A DNA stretch of 64,000 nucleotides, from contig JBAXSZ010000005.1 of NCBI GenBank assembly GCA_037130455.1, positions 374-64,373 on the forward strand, given 5' to 3'. Both the position numbers and the translations under genes were made by a program. Within the stretch, counting starts at the first letter, position 1. Every line of letters starts with the position of its first letter. The notes under the pieces were generated by a model. That model searched no databases. It had not been told where the DNA came from and saw nothing but the letters and a program-made list of their open reading frames with translations. Shown in pieces: positions 60,087 through 64,000 of this stretch. Source of the DNA: Actinomycetes bacterium. Lineage in GTDB: Bacteria; Actinomycetota; Actinomycetes; Nanopelagicales; Nanopelagicaceae.

Positions 60087-61637
60087 CTACGCCTCCTTTC
60101 CTGTTACAACACCTAAGCTCTTGGCCGACAATCCCGAAAGCGGCTTACCGCTGGAATAGAAGTGCGTACGAGCGAGAACAGTTACTAATGGCTTTGTGAA
60201 GAAGAAAACAACCACAAGGTCGACCAAAGTGGTCAATCCTAAAGTGAAAGCAAATCCACGAACGCCACCGACAGCAAAGAAGTAAAGCAATGCAGCTGCG
60301 ATCAAGGAAACAAAGTCAGCTACAAAAATCGTGTGGCGCGCCCTGGCCCAGCCAGTCTCTACTGAAGTACGTAAAGACCTGCCCTCACGGGCTTCATCTC
60401 GAAGACGTTCAAAGAAGACAATGAAGGAGTCGGCAGTAATACCGATTGAAACAATAGCTCCAGCGATTCCGGCCAAGGTCAGCGTGAAACCAATCCACTT
60501 TCCAAGGAGTAAGAAGGAAAGGAAGGTAATAGTTCCGGCGACAAGCAGTGATCCCACCGAAACGATACCCAGGCCCTTGTAGTAGAACATGGAATAAAGA
60601 ACTACGAGCAGAAGACCCAAAACTCCAGCCAATATTCCGGCATGCAGTTGATCTGATCCCAAGGTTGGGGAAATCTGTTGCACTTCACCGCGATCGAAGG
60701 CTAAGGGCAAAGCACCGTATTTCAAAACGTTTGCCAAGTTTTGCGAATCAGTTTGAGTGAAATTTCCGGTGATCTGTGCGCTACCACCATTAATGGCTCC
60801 ATTAATTTGTGGTGATGAGACAACTAAACCATCCAAAACAATTGCAACTTGATTAGTTGGCGATGGAAGCTTGGTGACTCGAGTTGTGAGTGCACCGAAC
60901 TTTTTAGTTCCATTGCCATTGAAATCTAGGATTACGTACCACCCAGATCCAGTTGTTGAATCCAATGCCGCAGTAGCTTTCTTGATGTCATTTCCAAGAA
61001 CCTCGGCAGCGGCCAAAATATATTTTGCTCCACCATCTCGTGAACAAGAAATAATTACATCCGTTGGAGCATCTGTCGCTCCGCCTTGACGGTTGGCAGC
61101 CTTGGTGCAATCAAGCGCTCCGAACTTCTTATCCAGATCTGCACTTACTCCACTAGGCAAAGTCGTAATCGATGTCGCCTTTGCTGTTTTCGTCGCCGCG
61201 GTTGTCGTTGTATTTCCCGAAGTGGTTGCTGCGCCAGAACCTGCCGCGATTACCTGACGGAAACGAAGCTCGGCAGTTTGACCTACCAGTTCAACAACTC
61301 GACGACCGGTTTCACCAGGAACCGAGATGACGATTTGGCGATTGTTGCCACTGCCTTGAGCTGCGACTTCGCTCTCGGCGACGCCGAGTGAGTTCACGCG
61401 CTGGCGAATAATGGACACAGCTTGATCGATTGCTTCGTTCGTTACTTTTCCACCCGCTGCAACTCTAGGTTGCAAGGTAACGCTGGTACCACCACGAAGG
61501 TCTAAGCCCAACTTCACCTTGGTAGCCCCTTGGAAGATTGCCAGAGCGCTGAAGGCCACGATTGCGAGCATGAAGATCGCTATGGTCCGACCGGAGTGGG
61601 TCGGAGCTTTCGCTGATTTAGGAATATTTGCAGACAT
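60087..61637 (-). CDS. secD: Protein translocase subunit SecD
   Basis: 516 aa with LGLDLRGGT, a periplasmic head domain and a C-terminal 6-TM core. It sits 2 nt upstream of secF. Confidence 0.9.
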   Translation of the reverse strand: MSANIPKSAKAPTHSGRTIAIFMLAIVAFSALAIFQGATKVKLGLDLRGGTSVTLQPRVAAGGKVTNEAIDQAVSIIRQRVNSLGVAESEVAAQGSGNNRQIVISVPGETGRRVVELVGQTAELRFRQVIAAGSGAATTSGNTTTTAATKTAKATSITTLPSGVSADLDKKFGALDCTKAANRQGGATDAPTDVIISCSRDGGAKYILAAAEVLGNDIKKATAALDSTTGSGWYVILDFNGNGTKKFGALTTRVTKLPSPTNQVAIVLDGLVVSSPQINGAINGGSAQITGNFTQTDSQNLANVLKYGALPLAFDRGEVQQISPTLGSDQLHAGILAGVLGLLLVVLYSMFYYKGLGIVSVGSLLVAGTITFLSFLLLGKWIGFTLTLAGIAGAIVSIGITADSFIVFFERLRDEAREGRSLRTSVETGWARARHTIFVADFVSLIAAALLYFFAVGGVRGFAFTLGLTTLVDLVVVFFFTKPLVTVLARTHFYSSGKPLSGLSAKSLGVVTGKEA

Positions 61638-61648
61638 AAGAGGGAAGT

Positions 61649-62713
61649 CTAGGCATCAGAAGGCGGTGTGTCGAAAAGCCCAGGCGTTCGGTTGGTCTCA
61701 TTTTTGAGATTATCGGCCGGCGGCGTCAATCCCAAGTGGTTCCACCCCGCGTTAGTAGCCATTCTCCCCCGTGGCGTTCGTGCGATGAAACCCATCCGAA
61801 CCAGAAATGGCTCGGCCAGGGATTCAACCGTCTCGACCTCTTCGCCAATGGCCATCGCTAAGGTCGAAATTCCGACTGGGCCGCCATTGAAACGATGAAT
61901 TAGGGCATTTAAGACAGATTTATCCAACCTATCCAAACCAACCGGGTCTACTTCATACATTTCCAAGGCTGCTTTGGCATACTCCAACGAAATAGCGCCA
62001 TCGCCATGAACCTGGGAAAAATCACGAACTCGGCGGAGGAGCCGATTGGCCACTCGTGGGGTGCCCCGAGATCTAGAACCAATCTCATCTATGGCTTCCT
62101 GGGAAATTTTCACTCCAAGCAATCCAGCACTTCGAAGGACGATATGACAGAGATCGGCGTCGGAGTAGTAATCCAGCTGAGCGGTGAATCCGAATCGATC
62201 TCGCAATGGACTGGGCAGAAGTCCAGCTCGAGTAGTAGCACCTACTAAAGTGAAATGAGGAAGTTCTAGCGGAATGGCCGTAGCCCCCGCTCCTTTTCCA
62301 ACAATCACATCAACCCGGAAATCCTCCATCGCCAGGTACAACAACTCTTCTGCAGGCCGAGACATCCGGTGAATCTCATCCAGAAAGAGAATTTCACCTT
62401 CCACTAACGAAGAGAGAATTGCGGCTAAATCCCCCGCATGCTGAATCGCCGGACCACTACTAATGCGGATCGGCGCCTGCATTTCCGCGGCAATAATCAT
62501 GGCCAAGGTCGTTTTTCCCAAGCCCGGTGGACCGGAGAGCAAAATGTGGTCGGAAGGTGAATTTCGGCTTCGGGAAGCAGAGAGAAGTAGATCAATCTGG
62601 GCGCTCACTCGAGGTTGACCAACAAACTCCATTAAGGATTTAGGTCGCAACGCCTGTTCTTGCGATCGCTCATCCCCCAGACTGTGTGAAGAAGTTATTT
62701 CTTCACTGGTCAT
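61649..62713 (-). CDS. ruvB: Holliday junction branch-migration helicase RuvB
   Basis: 354 aa with [23 protein letters not shown] and FLDEIHR. Confidence 0.95.
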   Translation of the reverse strand: MTSEEITSSHSLGDERSQEQALRPKSLMEFVGQPRVSAQIDLLLSASRSRNSPSDHILLSGPPGLGKTTLAMIIAAEMQAPIRISSGPAIQHAGDLAAILSSLVEGEILFLDEIHRMSRPAEELLYLAMEDFRVDVIVGKGAGATAIPLELPHFTLVGATTRAGLLPSPLRDRFGFTAQLDYYSDADLCHIVLRSAGLLGVKISQEAIDEIGSRSRGTPRVANRLLRRVRDFSQVHGDGAISLEYAKAALEMYEVDPVGLDRLDKSVLNALIHRFNGGPVGISTLAMAIGEEVETVESLAEPFLVRMGFIARTPRGRMATNAGWNHLGLTPPADNLKNETNRTPGLFDTPPSDA

Positions 62714-63315
62714 GAGCTTCGACCATGAATTTGCAGCGCTCGCCGTAGCAGCGCTCCAATTTCTTCTTTCTCATCGGAGTGGGAGATTTCCTCGGCCAAA
62801 ATATCTAACGTCTCTAAGCAATCTCGTTGTGTGAATCCCAGATTAAGCAGAGCGCCTTCGATTTGATCGCGCCAGGTAAAGGTCAAGGACTTTCCACTGG
62901 CAGGGCTTTCACCAAAATGCGAAACCTTATCCTTGAGTTCTAAGAGAACTCGAGCCGCACCTTTTTTACCAAGACCTGGAATGCGTTCCAGGATTCCGCC
63001 ATTTTCGCTACGAATTGCAGCGGCAATTTCTGATGCGTCATAAACACTCAAAGCGGATTGCGCGACCTTAGGACCTATTCCTGTCACAGTCTGCAAAAGT
63101 TCAAAGAGCTCTTTCGACTTAGTATCTTCGAACCCAAAAAGTGTGAGCGAATCCTCCCGAACCAACAAAGTAGTGTGGAAAGAAACATGAGATCCAACAT
63201 GCAATCCCGCAACGACGCGCGGCGACAAATTAACCAAAATGCCAACTCCACCCACCTCAACAATTGCCGAAGAGGTGGATATCCCTTTTACGATTCCACT
63301 CAACGATGCGATCAT
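62710..63315 (-). CDS. ruvA: Holliday junction DNA-binding protein RuvA
   Basis: 201 aa with MIASLSGIV, HhH motifs ([22 protein letters not shown]) and an overlap with ruvB. Confidence 0.9.
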   Translation of the reverse strand: MIASLSGIVKGISTSSAIVEVGGVGILVNLSPRVVAGLHVGSHVSFHTTLLVREDSLTLFGFEDTKSKELFELLQTVTGIGPKVAQSALSVYDASEIAAAIRSENGGILERIPGLGKKGAARVLLELKDKVSHFGESPASGKSLTFTWRDQIEGALLNLGFTQRDCLETLDILAEEISHSDEKEEIGALLRRALQIHGRSS

Positions 63316-63866
63316 GTCAGACCAACTTTGGAAACCTGCGTCTTAGTAAGGCGAGCCTTCTCTTTCGCCAGCGCTGTGGCTAATTTCGCATCCCCACCAC
63401 CGCGCCAGTGATGGCAAATAGCCAATGCCAATGCGTCAGTACTATCAACCGGCTTGGGAATTTCGCTGAGCCGAAGCAGGCGTTGAACCATTTGTGCTAT
63501 TTGTTTTTTATCCGCTCTTCCCGATCCTGTGACCGCCGCTTTCACTTCACTGGGCGTGTGCATAACAACGGGCAAACCGGCACGAGCAGCGATCAGCAAT
63601 GCCACGCCTGCAGCTTGGCCGGTGGCCATTGCCGTCTTCACGTTCAGTTGCGAGAAGACTCGTTCTACCGCGATGACATCTGGTTGGTATTTTTCCACCC
63701 ATTCCAAGATCCCTTGCTCCAATTCCAATAAGCGCAACTCCAGGGCAAGATCCGGTGAGGTGCGAATAACACCGACACCGACCATAGTCAGCGCCTGTGA
63801 CCCGGATTTATCGACCACGCCCAAGCCACAACGAGTCAGACCAGGATCAACACCGAGCACACGCAT
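63312..63866 (-). CDS. ruvC: Crossover junction endodeoxyribonuclease RuvC
   Basis: 184 aa with MRVLGVDPGLTRCG and catalytic acidic residues (VAVERVF, DSTDALALA). Confidence 0.92.
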   Translation of the reverse strand: MRVLGVDPGLTRCGLGVVDKSGSQALTMVGVGVIRTSPDLALELRLLELEQGILEWVEKYQPDVIAVERVFSQLNVKTAMATGQAAGVALLIAARAGLPVVMHTPSEVKAAVTGSGRADKKQIAQMVQRLLRLSEIPKPVDSTDALALAICHHWRGGGDAKLATALAKEKARLTKTQVSKVGLT

Positions 63867-63895
63867 GGCAATCCTTTCTGTCGTTAGGGAACTTA

Positions 63896-64000
63896 CTAAC
63901 CTAGGCTAGCCATTACCTCATCAGAAACTTCGAAATTACCGTAGACGTTCTGCACATCATCTAACTCTTCGATGCAATCTATGAGATGAAAAACTTTTAA
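63896..64000 (-). CDS. YebC/PmpR-family transcriptional regulator, C-terminal fragment (gene runs off the right edge of the window)
   Basis: Own translation of the reverse complement of 63896..64000 gives [34 protein letters not shown]. The L.D.LE..DDVQ.VY.NF pattern and the position upstream of ruvC are typical of YebC. Confidence 0.7.
   Translation of the reverse strand, partial: LKVFHLIDCIEELDDVQNVYGNFEVSDEVMASLG

Overview
This is a very gene-dense chromosomal core segment of an actinobacterium, with about 62 CDS and 1 tRNA. Most intergenic gaps are under 60 nt and many start/stop codons overlap by 1-17 nt. The actinobacterial assignment rests on several genes. These are mycothiol ligase mshC followed by the SCO1664-like / DUF3090 / histidine-phosphatase trio, mIHF, a BldD orthologue, DUF948, DUF349 and long-form HisG. 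Gene order matches what I recall for Mycobacterium and Streptomyces: metH-mshC, serB-ABC, hisGE, pyrR...rpe, nusB...alaS and aspS...ruvC. GC looks only moderate by eye. Genes that usually sit in these syntenic blocks (yajC, apt, pepQ) are absent. This suggests a streamlined lineage, possibly a freshwater planktonic actinobacterium, but that is inference only. About 50 genes lie on the minus strand, including a roughly 40-kb co-directional block of housekeeping genes. In transcription order on the minus strand, the pyrimidine operon runs pyrR-pyrB-pyrC-carA-carB-pyrK-pyrD-pyrF. It continues into mihF~gmk, rpoZ, coaBC, metK, priA, def, fmt, rsmB and rpe. I found no rRNA, CRISPR array, transposase, integrase or recognisable defence system. 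The most notable items are: (1) the translationally coupled kinase-like/DUF3090/phosphatase trio of unknown function next to mshC; (2) an atypical multi-TM FtsH-like AAA+/M41 protease coupled to a lipoprotein gene and flanked by DUF948; (3) an in-frame mIHF-guanylate kinase fusion; (4) a PriA with no P-loop; (5) a BldD orthologue that keeps the c-di-GMP-binding signature; (6) a PyrR-binding RNA box abutting the pyrR ribosome-binding site; (7) a small tRNA-Leu-adjacent accessory pair, a glycosyltransferase plus a secreted beta-propeller. All product calls come from reading the supplied translations for motifs. No database search was run.
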